DNA of 64,000 nt from the human T2T-CHM13v2.0 reference genome, Homo sapiens, in NCBI RefSeq assembly GCF_009914755.1, contig NC_060935.1; one strand, given 5' to 3'. Under the pieces are notes generated by a model that was not told the DNA's origin, did no database searches, and was given only the letters and a program-made list of their open reading frames with translations. The translations under genes were made by a program, and so were the position numbers. The stretch's first letter is position 1, and each line of letters opens with the position of its first letter. Below are positions 41,343-55,310 of this stretch, piece by piece.

Positions 41343-41900
41343 ATAGAATGTGAGCTCTCCAGGGACAGGAACTTTATCTAATCATCTGTATGTCTCCTGC
41401 TCCTACAAATGTGCTTGGTCCACAATGGGCAGGTAGTCAATATGTACGTTGAATGAATGAATTCATTCAATCAGTCACTCAAACTTTCATATCCACTGCG
41501 AAGTTCTATAAATGTTGTGGGAGACCCAAAAGGGAATAACAGATTTCTCTCTTTGGTATATTATCCTGAATTAGGGAAGACAAATGTGTAAATAGAAAAT
41601 GACACTCCAAAATGACAATTTGAATAAGATAAGGACTCTAAGATGAGACTTTGGAGGAGAAAGAGGGATATGGGAAAGCAGGAGAAAAGCTGCAAGGAGG
41701 TATTTGAATTGAGCTAAAACAGATAAGAAGAATATTGAGAAGTAGAGATGATGTGAGTAGGGAGGGAGGGTAGGGAATGGAGATGGTATTCCTGGAAGTA
41801 AACATTATGAGCAAAAGTATAGAAGCAGGAAGGAGCCAGGTATGTTTGGAGACAAGGAGAAGTACAATTTTACTAATAAATAGAATACTGAAGGGAACTT
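41343..41900. mobile_element. Two L2 fragments joined tail-to-tail
   Basis: Sense L2 end (tagaatgtgagctc...ttgaatgaatga) abuts attcattcaa... and a purine-rich antisense L2-like body. Confidence 0.55.
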
Positions 41901-43193
41901 AAGGACAAGGACTGTGTTTCCAGAACACTTTGTACAGAGCCCAGAACCTCATCCAAGGTTCAGTAAATTAGCTATGAGTCACTGAAATGGAGTGCTCTTG
42001 AAATGAGCATCCAGAAGCCCAGGGAGAAGATTGCTTAGCCACAGAAAAGAAAGGTCTCCGGCATGGGGATCGCTACAAACAAAAGAAGAAGCATGGGACT
42101 GATTATCATGTTGCTTCCAAACCCACCCACCAGTAGCGTCTGGGAGGATTTCACCACATTCTAGGAAATTAGGACTTTGGAACCCTGGGTTTATTGGCTT
42201 GAGACCCGCCTGTCTCTGCATTTTGACTCTAAATAAAAAGTACTGGTGCTTCTATTACAAAATTCATTTGTTTATAAGAGCATGCAGTTCTAAAGAACAT
42301 CTGTATAACGCAGAGCTGTGTCTAACAGGTGACATTCAGCCTCTTAATCTTGGTAGTTAGAGCATAGAACAAAATACAGTCTAAATCTTGCAAAGAATAC
42401 TCAACTGAGCTGCAGTGGAGAAACTTTGGATCGTCTTCAAGTGTCTAAGATTTCTATGTGACAAGATCAACCCCCACATGGTTTCCTCCTGCCTGGGTTA
42501 GTGGGAACAATAATAACAGCTAACTTTTACTGAACACAAACAATGTGCCAGACACTGTGCATTATCTCATTTAACTTTCCCAACACCAATGAGGTGGCTT
42601 CCCACTATTGTATAATTGAGAAAATAAGGTTCTGTGAGATTAGACTGCTTAAGAAGTAAAACACAGCTTATACTCAAAACCAGGTTTATTTGATGAGTTA
42701 ATTGCGTTGCATTGCAATCACAGAGATTTGAAAAAATTAAATAAGATTGTATGTGTTAGGTACAAAGAACTGAGGGACAATGGAAAACTTCCTTAAATTG
42801 GAGCTGATTTAATGGGGTGGAAAAGGGAGGCTCAGTATGCATGAAGGGTAGAAGTCAAAGGGCAGCAAATGAAGTAGAGAAAATTACAAAATAACAAGTT
42901 CCTGCTTTTTCTTGTAAGGCAAAAATAGCTTCCCACCCTCATTGTCAGATAGGAGTGGGTGGCATATTTCAGATGGGGTTTATAGTCTCTCTAGTAAAGG
43001 GCAGATATTTTCAATAAAATCCACATGGTGCATTGGCTCCATGGCCCATGCCACAAGGACAAGTCTACAAGGCCTCCCTATGCCTGTGATGCAGCTGTAC
43101 TTGAATCCTGGGGATCCACCTTGAGCAGGCCTCTATTGTCATTCTAATTAATCATTCAGCCTGGGGATTCACACTTCCCAGACACAAGCCAAG

Positions 43194-43623
43194 TGATATA
43201 GTTTGGATATTTGTCTCTGCTCAAATCTCATGTTGAATTGTAATCCCCAATACTGGAGATGGGTCCTGGTGGGAGATGTTTGAATCATGGGGGTGGATCC
43301 CTCATGGCTTGGTACTGTCTTTGTGATGATGAGTTCTCGTGAGATCTGGTCATTTAAAAATATGTGGCACACCACCACCTCCCACCCTCTTTCTCTCTTT
43401 CTCTCTGTCTCCTGCTCTTGCTTTCACCATGTGATGCACTTGCTCCCAACTTCACCTTCCACTGTGATTGAAAGTTCCCTGAGCCTTCACCAGACACTTA
43501 GCAGATGACAGCACAATGCTTTCAGTAAAGCCTGCAGAACTGTGAGCCAATTAAACTTCTTTTCTTTATAAATTACCCAGTCTCAAGTATTTCTTTACAG
43601 CAGTGCAAGAATGGCCTAACACA
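43194..43623 (+). mobile_element. MST (A/B-like) MaLR solo LTR
   Basis: TG...CA ends; tgatatagtttggatatttgtc start; 5-bp TSD ccaag at 43189-43193 and 43624-43628. Confidence 0.9.
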
Positions 43624-44299
43624 CCAAGTTGCCAGACACTTGCATGACATAAGGAGCTTACGCTTCTCCTGTCACACCCAGTGTGGTGCACTTCCTGGAA
43701 TCAGCTCTGTCTACCAGCCCAGATCTACAGCCACCTCTGGAATGCAGGGAAAAGAAGGGAGGTGGTCATGTGGATCTTGAGGCTTCCAGGCAACAGGCAA
43801 TCAAGAAGGAAACTGAGAAGGCAAAATAGAGTTAGCAGTTGTAAGATTTCCAATTTGTAATTAAGTAAGCAGAGTGGAGTAGAATAGAGGCAAAACCCTC
43901 TACTCTAACAAAGAGAAATGTTTTCGTACTGTTTTATGTGTTGATATTGAAATTTAAACTCTCTTAAACTGTTCTGAGTGCTAGTGGCTTTAGTTCTGTC
44001 AACCCCAGGCTCTTATAGTATGGATTTTAGATTTCTGTTACCATTTGGCTTGAAGTTTGGAGTGGGGTAGAAGCAGAAATGGCCCTGGACAATTAAAGTG
44101 AATTGTGAAGGTGGAAGGGAAGTGGCTCAAAATGCAGACCCTGCTCAGCAATATTTGTGTTTGGGGCAAAAGCAAAGCCAAACGGAAACCAGATCTTTGA
44201 GTAATCTGCCAGCTGAGAGATGCCTCAGTAGGATAAACAATTGGCTAAGTATTCAGACTCCGAGGTACATCCAGGAATGGCAATCTGTTCATCATACTC

Positions 44300-44702
44300 C
44301 TGTCTAAATGGCTTCCCTTTGCTCTTAGAAGAGAAGTGAATATCTTTAACGCGACACAAGGCCCTGCACAATCTGGACCCTGTCCTCTCCATCACTGGGC
44401 TGAAGCCACATTGGCTTTCTCTCAGCTTCTGGGACATGCCAGCATCATGCTTCATGCTGTACCCATCCTCAAGTTTGCACAAGCTTTTCTCTCTTCCTGC
44501 ATGTTTATTGTCCTCCTCTCCTCACCCCACCAAAAAACAAAACAAAACAAAACAAAATCATCTCCATTCCTCCCTGAAAAAAGGATGTTAGCAATGTTGA
44601 GTGCAGGCACCATGTTGTTCTTGTTCACACTCTGTCCCCATACCTAGAATAGTACCTGGCATGTAGTCAGTGCTCAATCGATATTTGTTGAATGAATGAA
44701 TG
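44300..44702 (+). mobile_element. L2 3' fragment
   Basis: cctagaatagtacctggcatgtagt...tatttgttgaatgaatgaatg. Confidence 0.75.
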
Positions 44703-45538
44703 GAGCCAGATTGTTTCAAACAGTCACAGTTTCATTGCATAATATTGTTGGACAATTGCTTAATCTGTTGGACAAACTGTATAAACACAAAGGCTGGTTA
44801 CATAGCATACTTCTACAATACATTGCAAACTAGATGTCAATCAATCAATGACTTGTACCTATAGAATGCCAAGTGCCATGCTTGGTGCTGTCAACTTGAC
44901 AGTTGAACAGTTCTCTGAGTTCAAATTCTCCAAAGGAAAGCCTTAATGGTGTAGGGGTTGGGGAAGACAGTCTAACGAGTGCCCTATGCCTTTCCCACAC
45001 AAGAGAGAGATAGAGAGGAATTGAAATGACAGTGGTATAGTTTCAAATTCAGGCAGTGAACCAGCTCACAGGGATGGAATATCTTGGATTCAACATTCAT
45101 TCAGTAACTAAGTATTGAGAGTTTACTAGATTCTCTGTAGAAGAGTATCAAAGAAGACTGACAAACCTGATGGAACTGGGAGTCTGATCTGCAGAACAAT
45201 CTGGGCTGGTGCTATAATAAGTAATTGATTTCTGGCTTCAATGGGTCCTCAGTGCTGCTAGCTTCAGTGCAGTGTAGCCTTTTCCTTGTTTTTGCTCAGT
45301 GTCCTCTTCAATTTCCTCAGTGACCTTTCCAATTCATCATCATTTTCATTTGACCCTCTACCTTGACTCCATTCTACTCATATTTAACACATGACCTCAA
45401 GTCCTACTTCAAGAAATGTGAGGTCATCAGGCCTGAAATGCCTCAATTTTCTCCCTATAAGTGTATATTTAGCCTCATCTCTACCCAGCTTTATTTCTTC
45501 TGCTCTGTTTTAGAGATTGAATAGTCTTTCTCTCATTC

Positions 45539-45800
45539 CAGTGTTCTTTAAAATTGTAAGCCTTAATTGGTTAGTGGAGCATGAAATCAACTTAGTGGGT
45601 CGTGACTAGCATGCTTTAATGAAATAAAATAGAACAGAAAAGGAAATATCAGGGTACAAAATATGTAGTAAGGGCAAATATTATGTTTGTAAACTTGTCT
45701 TTATGTATATGAAGACGTGTATATCTTTGTGAATATACTGGGTATTTAGTGAGATATTTTCCTTACAGTGGGATACAGCCGAAATTATTAAGAGCACCAT
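45539..45800. mobile_element. hAT-Charlie relic (Charlie4-like) among L2 fragments (45300-46820)
   Basis: gaaatcaacttagtgggtcgtgactagcat...aatagaacagaaaag...tgtagtaagggc. Confidence 0.4.
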
Positions 45801-47834
45801 TCTACTTAAGGTCATTCTCCCCACCTATCACGTTTCAACAGAATTCTCTTTGATTATCATCTATCTTCTTTACGTATTTGATGTATTACTTTCTAGTGAG
45901 TCTTTTCATTCATCTTATAATGCTCTCTAATTTCTTTCTGCTTAAAACTGTCCTCTCTCAACTTAGATTTTCTTCAACTCCTGTTCTTAGTCAAAAAGTG
46001 CAATCTAAATAATAGCTTTTCTTCCTTCCTCCTGTGACCTCCATGCCATTAAAATTGCTTCTTAAGAGGTTACAAATGCTCTTCACATTGCTTAATGGAA
46101 TCCGTATTATTTTAGGCCTATATTAGTTGTATTTTTGTGTTTCCTTGTCATTGTTGGCCATCTGCTTGAAATTTTCAACATTTTGGATTGCTTTCCTGGT
46201 TCTTCTTCTACCACTCTGATCATTTCTCTGCTGCTCCTTCATGAATTCTTTATCTTTTTGCTGTTCCTTAAACCTGGGTTCTCCCCAGGGTCTCAGTCTT
46301 ACCCTCTGATCTTTTCCCTTGATCTGTTTCCCTGGCTTCATCTTTTCTTCATCAGTTGATGACTCCTAAATCTATATCCCCATCCCTTAACTCTTCCTTG
46401 AGCTTTGTTTTTTTTTTTTCATAATATCAAAATGCCTGCTAGATTTATTTAATTTTCCCACAACACATCTCGAACTGAGCTCATCCTTGTCTCCAAATAC
46501 ACAGTACCTATATTTCTTTGACCAGGCTGTTACCTGCATCTAAAATGCCCTTCTATGCCTTTATTCACCTGGCTAACCCTCATGTGTCTTTAAAATTCAT
46601 CTCAGCTATCACCTTTTTAAGGAAGCCAAGATGTGCTAAAAGTTCCATATTATCTGTGAATCTCTTTAAACATTTACCATATTGTGTCAATGCGGTTTGT
46701 TTTCCTGTCTTTCTCGTTAGACTGTAAGCATCTTAAGGGCTGAGAAATTTAAACAATTTCTGTGCTCCTAGTGCTGAACATAAGTGTCCAGCATATTATA
46801 AGTACTCAATAAGTGTTTCCTAAAACCATTGTCATAGTGGAGAACCAGAAATCATCCTGTGAATTCATACTCCACAAACAGGCCTTCAGATAATTTTGAA
46901 TTAGCTTACTCCAGGAGGAACTATAGTCTGATGTGCCCTATCGGTTAGCATCCCCAGATTTACTGTATAATTGTTCTGCTTAATTGCCTTGTGCTGTGTA
47001 GACCTGGATATAGATACAAAGAGGAAACTTGATATCAAAAGTCAGGACTCAATTAGCTGTTAACTAAAACTAATGACTTAGAGAATAGACATGACACGTC
47101 TTATCCAAGTTACTGAATATCCCAAAGGAAAATAATCAGGATATGGTCAGATTTGTTGAAAACCTCATTAAAGAAACTCTTTAAAATTGTATCACACCCA
47201 TTACTGGATTTAATTACACTCTCAAATTGTTGCCAAGACTAGTTTATTTTGTTTTCTATGGCAGGTCTGTAATAGAGTTGTAGTATGTCTGTCTAACCTT
47301 ATAAGTAAAATGCTACTGTGTATTTGCTGTAGCATTAAGCTGAAAGGTCACTCAGAGATTCTTTTTGGTGGTCTCCCCTACTTCCTTCACTATCTTTGTA
47401 TTTTTGATGCTCAGCTGTCATGCTCTTATTCCATTGTTAAAATCTAGGGAATTAAGAAATTCATCTTAGGAGCTAGGTTCAGAGACATTTTTTTCTATCA
47501 GCTTCTTAGAGGTTGGGTTTGTTTGGGGTGGGGAGAATTCAGCTTAGTCTATGTAATTATTACCATAAACTGCTTAACAAATACTTGAATTAATGAGAGC
47601 ATGCTCTGCTGATTTCATAAGTTCTAATAATGCTCATAGTGAATAGTGATTTAATTTTCTCCCTCATGAGTTGATATGTAGGATCAGACGGCCAGTGATA
47701 TATTGAAAATGCCATTGTGTCGTGATTTGAATTTATAATAATTTAGACTTCTCATCTTTCCTCTGCAGCCTCATCAGGATTATATATGAGCTCAAAAATA
47801 AAAGAGAAGCCCCTATAGTTGTAGTTCACTCTTT

Positions 47835-48125
47835 TTTTTTTTTTTTGACGGAGTCTTGCTCTGTCACCCAGGCTGAAGTGCAGTGGCACAACTTCAACTC
47901 ACTGCAACCTCCACCTCCCAGGTTCATGCCATTCTCCTGCCTCAGCCTCCTGAATAGCTGGGACTATAGGCACCCACCACCATGCCTGGTTAACTTTTTG
48001 TATTTTTAGTAGAGACAGGGTTTCACTGTGTTAGCCAGGATGGTCTCAATCTCCTGACCTCATGATCTGCCTGCCTTGGCCTCCCAAAGTGCTGAGATTA
48101 TAGACATGAGCCACCACACCTGGCC
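47835..48125 (-). mobile_element. Alu (AluSc/Y-like)
   Basis: Antisense Alu; TSD ttcactcttt at 47825 and 48128. Confidence 0.94.
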
Positions 48126-48504
48126 ATTTCACTCTTTAAAAATATAAATAATTCCACATATTAGACTAGCACTACGTGGGTTACCAAGAGTTTTGTACTA
48201 TATTTAATTCTCAAAACAACCCTCATAATCACTCCCAATTTACAAATGACTAAACAAAGACTCAGAGAGGATAGAGTGGCTTGTCCAAAGTCACACAATT
48301 AGTGTCAGAGCCAACATACTGTTTGAAAGACAGGGATTATTCAACAAAAGGCTTTTAAAATTTCCATTTAATCTAGTTCAGTGAAATGCTAGCTTTAGGG
48401 TAATGTATTTTGAACACCTAATTCTATCAACAGCTATTATCCAAGAATAATTATTTCTTTCTTATTTCTAGTTATTGCAAAACATTTATTGAAGTGGACT
48501 TCTT

Positions 48505-49282
48505 AAATGCTCATCATCACTGGCCATCAGAGAAATGCGAATCAAAATCACAGTGAGTTACCATCTCACACTAGCTAGAATGGCGATCATTAAAAAGTCA
48601 GGAAACAACAGGTGCTGGAGAGGATGTGGAGAAATAGGAACACTTTTACCCTGTTGGTGGGACTGTAAACTAGTTCAACCATTGTGGAAGTCAGTGTGGC
48701 AATTCCTCAGGGATCTAGAACTAGAAATACCATTTGACCCAGCCATCCCATTCCTGGGTATATACCCAAAGGATTATAAATCACGCTGCTATAAAGACAC
48801 ATGCACACATATGTTTATTGCGGCACTATTCACAACAGCAAAGACTTGGAAGCAACTCAAATGTCCATCAGTGGTACACTGGATTAAGAAAATGTGGCAC
48901 ATATACACTGTGGAATACTATGCAGCCATAAAAAAGGATGATTTCGTGTCCTTTGTAGGGACATGGATGAAGCTGGAAACCATCATTCTGAGCAAACTAT
49001 CACAAGGACAGAAAACCAAACACCGCATATTCTCACTCATAGGTGGGAATTGAACAATGAGAACACTTGGACACAGGGTGGGGAACATCACACACCAGGG
49101 CCTGTCGTGGGGTGGAGGGAGCAGGGAAGGATAGTATTAGGAGATATACCTAATGTAAATGACACGTTAATATGTGCAGCACACCAACATGGCACATGTA
49201 TACATATGTAACAAACCTGCATGTTGTGCACATGTACCCTAGAACTTAAAGTATAATTAAAAAAAAAAAAAGGAAAAAAAAA
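48505..49282 (+). mobile_element. 5'-truncated L1PA (about PA4-PA6): ORF2 C-terminus, 3' UTR, poly-A
   Basis: ORF 48535-49053 matches the L1 ORF2p C-terminus ([26 protein letters not shown]...SLIGGN); 14-bp TSD gaagtggacttctt at 48491-48504 and 49283-49296. Confidence 0.97.
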
Positions 49283-49493
49283 GAAGTGGACTTCTTCTAA
49301 TGCTTATTTCCTGACTTTCTCCATAGTTAGTGATGATGTAGAAATGTTCTTAATTTTACTTTTTGGGAATTTAGTTATGTTCACTTCATCCAAATCCGTT
49401 AATTTAATGATTAAAAAAAATCTCCATCCATTTGGTCCTCACTGGGCCCGTTATGGAATCAGACTGTTAAAGCTAGAAGATGCAAGAGACCAT

Positions 49494-49866
49494 TGATATG
49501 GTTAGGATTTCTGTCCCCACCCAAATGTCGTCTTGAATCGTAATCCCTATAATTTTCGTGTGTCAAGGGAGAGACCAGGTGGAGATAACTGAATGATGGT
49601 GGCAGTTTCCCGCATGCTATTCTAGTGATAGTGAATGAGTTCTCATGAGCTCTGATAGTTTTATAAGGGGCTCTTCCTCCTTTGCTTGGCACTTCTCCTT
49701 CCCGCTGCCTTGTGAAGAAGGTGCCTTCCTTCTTCTCCTGCCATGATTCTAAGTTTCCTGAGGCCTCCCCAGCCATGCTGAAGTGTGAGTCAATTAAACC
49801 TTTTTCCTTTATAAATTACCCAGTGTCGGTCAATTCTTTATAGCAGTATGAAAATGGACAAATACA
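49494..49866 (+). mobile_element. THE1 (C/D-like) MaLR solo LTR
   Basis: tgatatgg...aataca ends; TSD accat/accac. Confidence 0.88.
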
Positions 49867-50158
49867 ACCACACAATCACAGGTATGGCAGGTCATATTGT
49901 TTATCTCTCCTTCTCACTCTAGCTCATTTCTATAGCATTGCGTTAACAAGGATTGTGAGGCTGTGTTGAGCTCAGTGGGAGCAAGTGCTATAATTGATTA
50001 ACCATGCCAGCCATTGCTAATCACAGAGCTCATTACTGTTCTGTGGTCATCCTTGATTCTTCTTCCTTTTGCTATTTATCTCCAATCTGTCTCAAAGTCC
50101 AATCAGTTAAATTTCTGAACTATCTCCCGACTCTGATTAATTTTCACAATTTCTATAT

Positions 50159-50540
50159 CTGTTAGGATATGCTAGGTTATTCTGTGGGAACAAATCCCCA
50201 TATCTCTGCAGTTTAAATGATAAATGTTTCCTTATCACTCATGTCCATTGCATATCAAGAGGAAGCTCTTCTCCACTTCTTTCTCACTCTAGGCCCCTCA
50301 CTGGAAAGGCTCCATGATCTGGAATGTCCCCAGTGACAGTTGCAGGAGTAAGCAAGCACAGGAAAATCTCACCTAGCAATCAGGTCCTTTAATCTGGAAG
50401 TGATACGCATCATTTCTGCCCCCAAACTATTGGCCAGAACCAGTTACAGAGCACCACTTAACTGTAAAGGGAATAAAAAAGAATCCTTTGATGGGCCTGG
50501 AAGGTGAGGAAAACAGACCTAGGTGAATGTTACATTTCCA
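50159..50540 (-). mobile_element. Old MLT1-type LTR
   Basis: gttaggatatgctaggttat...aacaaatcccc...attggccagaaccagttaca. Confidence 0.5.
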
Positions 50541-53500
50541 ATTCACTACCATCTCTCACCTGGATTTCTAAAACATCTTAACTAGTTTTTCTGCTTCTAC
50601 TCTGGCCTCCCTGAAGTACATTCTCCATAGGGCAACTAGAAAATTTATTGAAAATATAAATCAAAACATCTCTCTCCATCTAGTCACTTGATACATAAAA
50701 ATTCTCCTTTGCGGAGGGAAACTTCTATTGTGTCCACAGTATCTTCTGTGTTGCCATGTATTCCTATGATGCCTATTTTCTTAAATCTTTCTTTTTGAAT
50801 GAGGAATGGGTCAGAGCATCTTCACACAGAACCAGATGGAAGTAGAAAAGAGGGAATCCTTATAGAGGGTGGCCTTCTACACTGTTCTTTTGTGGAGAGC
50901 ACATGAGGGGTTGCTGTGAGAGAAGCGAAGGTGTGTCAGCTATTGTGTGGAGTCCTTCGTACGAGTGAGGATTGTGGCCATGCCTTCATTACCCAGACCA
51001 CATTCCCTGTGCTAGCTCTACTAGTTCAGCTTGGTAGGAGAATATAAGGGAAGTAAGGAGTGGCTTGTTTTCCCTCCATACAGGGCAAGGGCAAAATAAG
51101 TGATGAAGAAACACAAGCACATATTGCTTTCTTCTTTCTTATCTAATCTCCTGCCTCTAGTAACTAAAAAATTATCTGAATCTTCCAACGCTTTGTGATC
51201 GAAAGCAATCCTCCAAAATCTTTGTCAGTATCTTACTTGATAATTGAGGCAGTATCTTACTTCATCCATATTCTCATAGTATTTGGATTAAAATGAGCCT
51301 TATGGACACAGCTACCTATACCAAGAGGGAAATATTAGCAGCATAGAGAGGAAAATAAGCTATGCCCTAAAATCTGGCCTCTCCGTGATGTTTTCTGTCC
51401 TTCAGTACTATTATTATCTATTTGCTTCAACTTACAGTACTTGCTCCACCCTTCCTGCACTGGCTGATTCATTCGGACCTGACTTCTGACTATTGTAGAT
51501 TTATGTGTCTGTCCAACCTTTTTAGTCTTGAATACTTCTCCAGAGTCACTACTCAGACTTTTTCTTCTATATAATTTCATTTCACTTCATTCATTCTATT
51601 TTCCTTGAGCGCGTATGTGTCCTCAACATGCTTTCAATAATAATACCAGTATATTTTATATATGCAGGTCTCAACATGACATACGTTTCTGGAGAGAACA
51701 CTATGTTCCATTATATCACCATACCCCAGACCGAAATATTCTGAGAAATATAATTTACTTAATTTCAAAAAGCTATTACAGAGGTTCTGAGGTTCTTCAC
51801 CACAGAACTTTAATTTCATAAATGTGAATTCACATAAATACAGAGCTGGAAGAAACCCTAGGGATTGTCTAGCTTTATTCTCTCAATGTACAATTTTGAG
51901 GAAACTGAAGCCAAAAAATAATAAGCCAAATGTCCAATATTACAAAGTTAACTTGTATTGTGCTAGAATCCAGGCCCCTAGGCCCAGGGCACTGGTGTGT
52001 CCATTTCATGATGTTGTCTTTGGGTTTCACATTATCATCATTACTCAAGATGTTGATATCCAAGTGTTCATTTTTTACAGTGCAAATATGTGTTTGGAAA
52101 TCTTTGGTTTGGGAGATTTAGCTTTAGAGCATGGAGTTGTTCAAAATGAGAAAAAAGTATATCTTACTAATAATGTTTTAAGTGAGTTGTATACAACACC
52201 AATACCTGAAATATTCTACAGCATTCACCCTATTGTCATTTATATATTAAGCTTAGAAAATATTCATTGAATGAATGATTGAGTACATAAAATAATAATG
52301 AATGGTTTTGCCATGTTAAAAAAAAAAAAGAAAAAAGTATATCCCTCTGTAGAATGTAGTTATAAATTTTATCTTTTATATATTGGAGATCACATTGCAA
52401 TTCTCCTTTTTATATTAGAGACCTATCTGAAATCTCCTTTTTTTGTATTTTATTTTGTGATGCAAAGTCTATTGTTGCGAAATGCAAATCAAATCTAGAT
52501 AGGGCCTGACAATATGGAGCATTGCTTCGATAAAAACAAATAATACCAGTGATAGAAAAAATATAGAAATTCATAATCTAACATATGTTTCTTTCTATTA
52601 ATTCCATTGAAAGAACCAGAGGCATCTATGAGCCAAAATCTCACTGTAATTTCCCATTCTATAAGCATTATGTTTTTTTTTATCATTCTAACCCACATTT
52701 GGTCTCTGATACATCTACCTACTATTTATCCTTGCTTACTCAGGCTAGGCAAGAAATTTTAAAAGTATTTACATGTTCAAAATCTCCTTTATGAAAATAC
52801 AATATATTTCCAAAAGACACAGGCCATGGAAGCAAAGCAGTCCAAGTATCCCAAGTAGAAAATTAGTATCCGAATTGTCCATTTCGCTTGATATTAAATT
52901 CTTTTAGATTTTAATTCAACATATTATTTATTCCAAATTCCATTTTAATCTTGTCTATGAGGCTGCAAAGGCTACCCGGGAAAGCTGACCCCTCTTCACA
53001 TATACATGATTCCACCATATTCTTGACTAGCGGATTCAGACAAAGCTAGTAAGAGACAGGAGTCAAAACAGGTTTCCATCAGTGGCTCATTGCTCTCAGT
53101 GAGAGTGAAAGCTGTGGATTTGAACAAGATAACAATTCCAAAGTCTGAAGCATGGGGAAGGAATTTGAAATGCTTGTGTCTGATGAAGATGTGCTATGTG
53201 GCCTTGGGGAATATCACTCAACGTCTGGATGTCTTCATCAATCAACAGAAAAGGTCAACAGATACCTGCTTCCCCACAGTGCTGAGAATTTACTTAAAGT
53301 TCTGATGGCAGTGAAAAGTACTGAAAGACTCCCTAATACATGAACTCCTAAGTCAGACTTTCATCAGAATGTGAAGGGAGAGAGCCAGTTTGGGAAAGGT
53401 GAGACTACTTGATTACCTTGAATTTTAGGGATGGGGCAGTTGGGATTAATTGCATATTCTGGTTAACTGAGGATCAGCCATAAAACCTCTTTTACTTCTC

Positions 53501-53785
53501 TTATTGTCATTCAAAATGTTTCTGAGATATATAAATGGAGTTTTGTACTAATGAAGAATAATGTGAGCAATTGAGATTCTGGATTTATGAAGATTGATGT
53601 TTAGATCCTACCTTGATCATGTAGAAGGTATTAAGCAATTGATTTAGCCTCTGTGAGCTTGAGTAAATCCAGGGTGATAATTGTCATGCAAATTGGTTAT
53701 GAAAGTTAGAGTAATTAAATTTCCAACTGAATATAAAGTCTTAAAAATGGTGCATGGCACATAATAGATAATAGATAACTCCAAA

Positions 53786-54240
53786 TGTCTTAGGTTGGGT
53801 TCTTAAGACACAGAGCCTGAGACAGGGATTTTTATGTGAGTGATTTATTGAGAGAGTGCTCTCAGAAAAACTTGTCAGGGAGGGAATGAGAGAAGCAGAA
53901 TGAGGAGGGACCAAATAAAGATGTGCACTCCCTTTGATCCCTTGAGGAACTCTAGATGGCAAATGACATTGCAAAACTTTCCCACACTGAGAGGTACTGT
54001 GGGCGAGTGGTGTGGAGGCAACATTTTGGAGCCCTTTATCAACCAGTCATTGGCTACTGGCCACCTCTGGAGATAATGTGCAACCTCCCATGCCTTTCTG
54101 GGAAAGATGTTTCCAGCCACTGAGAGCAATTCTCCGGAGTAGTGGGCAGCTCTGAGCTGTTAGCAGACAACCCTTATAGCAGCTGGGGGCTGAGGGCATT
54201 GGTCTGGTGAAGGATATGGGCAGGGCAGTGTCTTCTATAC
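53786..54240 (-). mobile_element. ERVL LTR16-like solo LTR
   Basis: tgtcttaggttgggttc...cagagcctgagacagggatt...gtgatttattg. Confidence 0.6.
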
Positions 54241-54299
54241 TAAAGACAGCTGGATGCTTAATGAGGACAGAGGCTATAGCTCATGTGTTTTTATATTTC

Positions 54300-55310
54300 C
54301 TATTCATTCGTCATTCAATCATTCATTCAGCAATTATTTATTGTGTGCCACCTCTATTCCAGTCATTCTTTAGGCACACGGGCTACATCACTGGATGAAA
54401 CAAAGATCACTTCCACATGGAACTCACATTTCAGTAGGTTCAGTAGGAGAGAAATCATAAGCAAATAGGTATATAAATAATTACATATCATACTATGTAA
54501 TGATAAGTACTATGGTAAATGGATAAAAGGATTGTCTTTTCATCACTAAAAATGTGCACCATCTCAAGACTTGATTCCTAAACTCTGGTCTCCCTGTGGA
54601 GTGCTGTAGATGTTTGTCGTATAGAATAACATAGGCATGGATTTTTATTTTATTTTATTTTGTAGTGGAAGAAATCTTAGAGATTAAGTTCAAGGTTTGC
54701 TTGAATTTGCACTGATCTCAATATATTCTTTAATTTGTTTTTTGCCTATAGGTTTGATGGGGTCTAATTTTTCGATTTCTTTTTATTTCCTCCAAAATTG
54801 GAGTTTTGACACTTTTCAATTCATTATGCTTTCTGGCATTTTGAATTCATTCATTTATTCACTCATTTTGTAAAGAGAATTTAGTGTCTACTATATGCAA
54901 AACACCGATAAAGTTTGTAAAGGGTAAGACAAAAATCTCTGCCCTTAGGAGCTTATGATATACTAGGAAACGTAAGTTGGGTATACTAATAGCTCTACTA
55001 TAAGGAAGAAAACACTGGAATCAAGAGACCTACATATGAAGCCCTATGGAATAGTGAGAGATTACTTGTGGCCAGCAAGGTTCAGAGAAGCCATATGGAG
55101 GAGATTTCCCCTGGGGCTCAAAGCCTGGCTGACATATAGATACTTGGACATGAAGGTAACAGGCCTTTGGAGCAGAGAGAACCTATAACCAAGAAATAGA
55201 GGCAACAAAAGGCTAAATGCATTTGCAAGATAATGAATAGCTCTGGCTGGGTCTCACTCCTGAGGCAAAATAGTGGGTTAAAAAGATAAATGTATGACTC
55301 AAAAGAGAAG
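54300..55310 (-). mobile_element. L2 fragments (54300-54520, 54845-55310)
   Basis: (cattcatt)n starts followed by tactatatgc...ctgcccttaggagctta. Confidence 0.6.

Noticed and set aside
48535-49053. 172-aa ORF as a host gene
   Set aside because: It is the C-terminus of L1 ORF2 in a promoterless truncated copy
51226-51262. 13-bp direct repeat cagtatcttactt (similar small duplications at 12620/12644 and 34302/34326)
   Set aside because: Ordinary local slippage duplications with no sign of function
51824-52270. 148-aa ORF
   Set aside because: GTG start, overlaps MIR-like sequence, no recognisable domain
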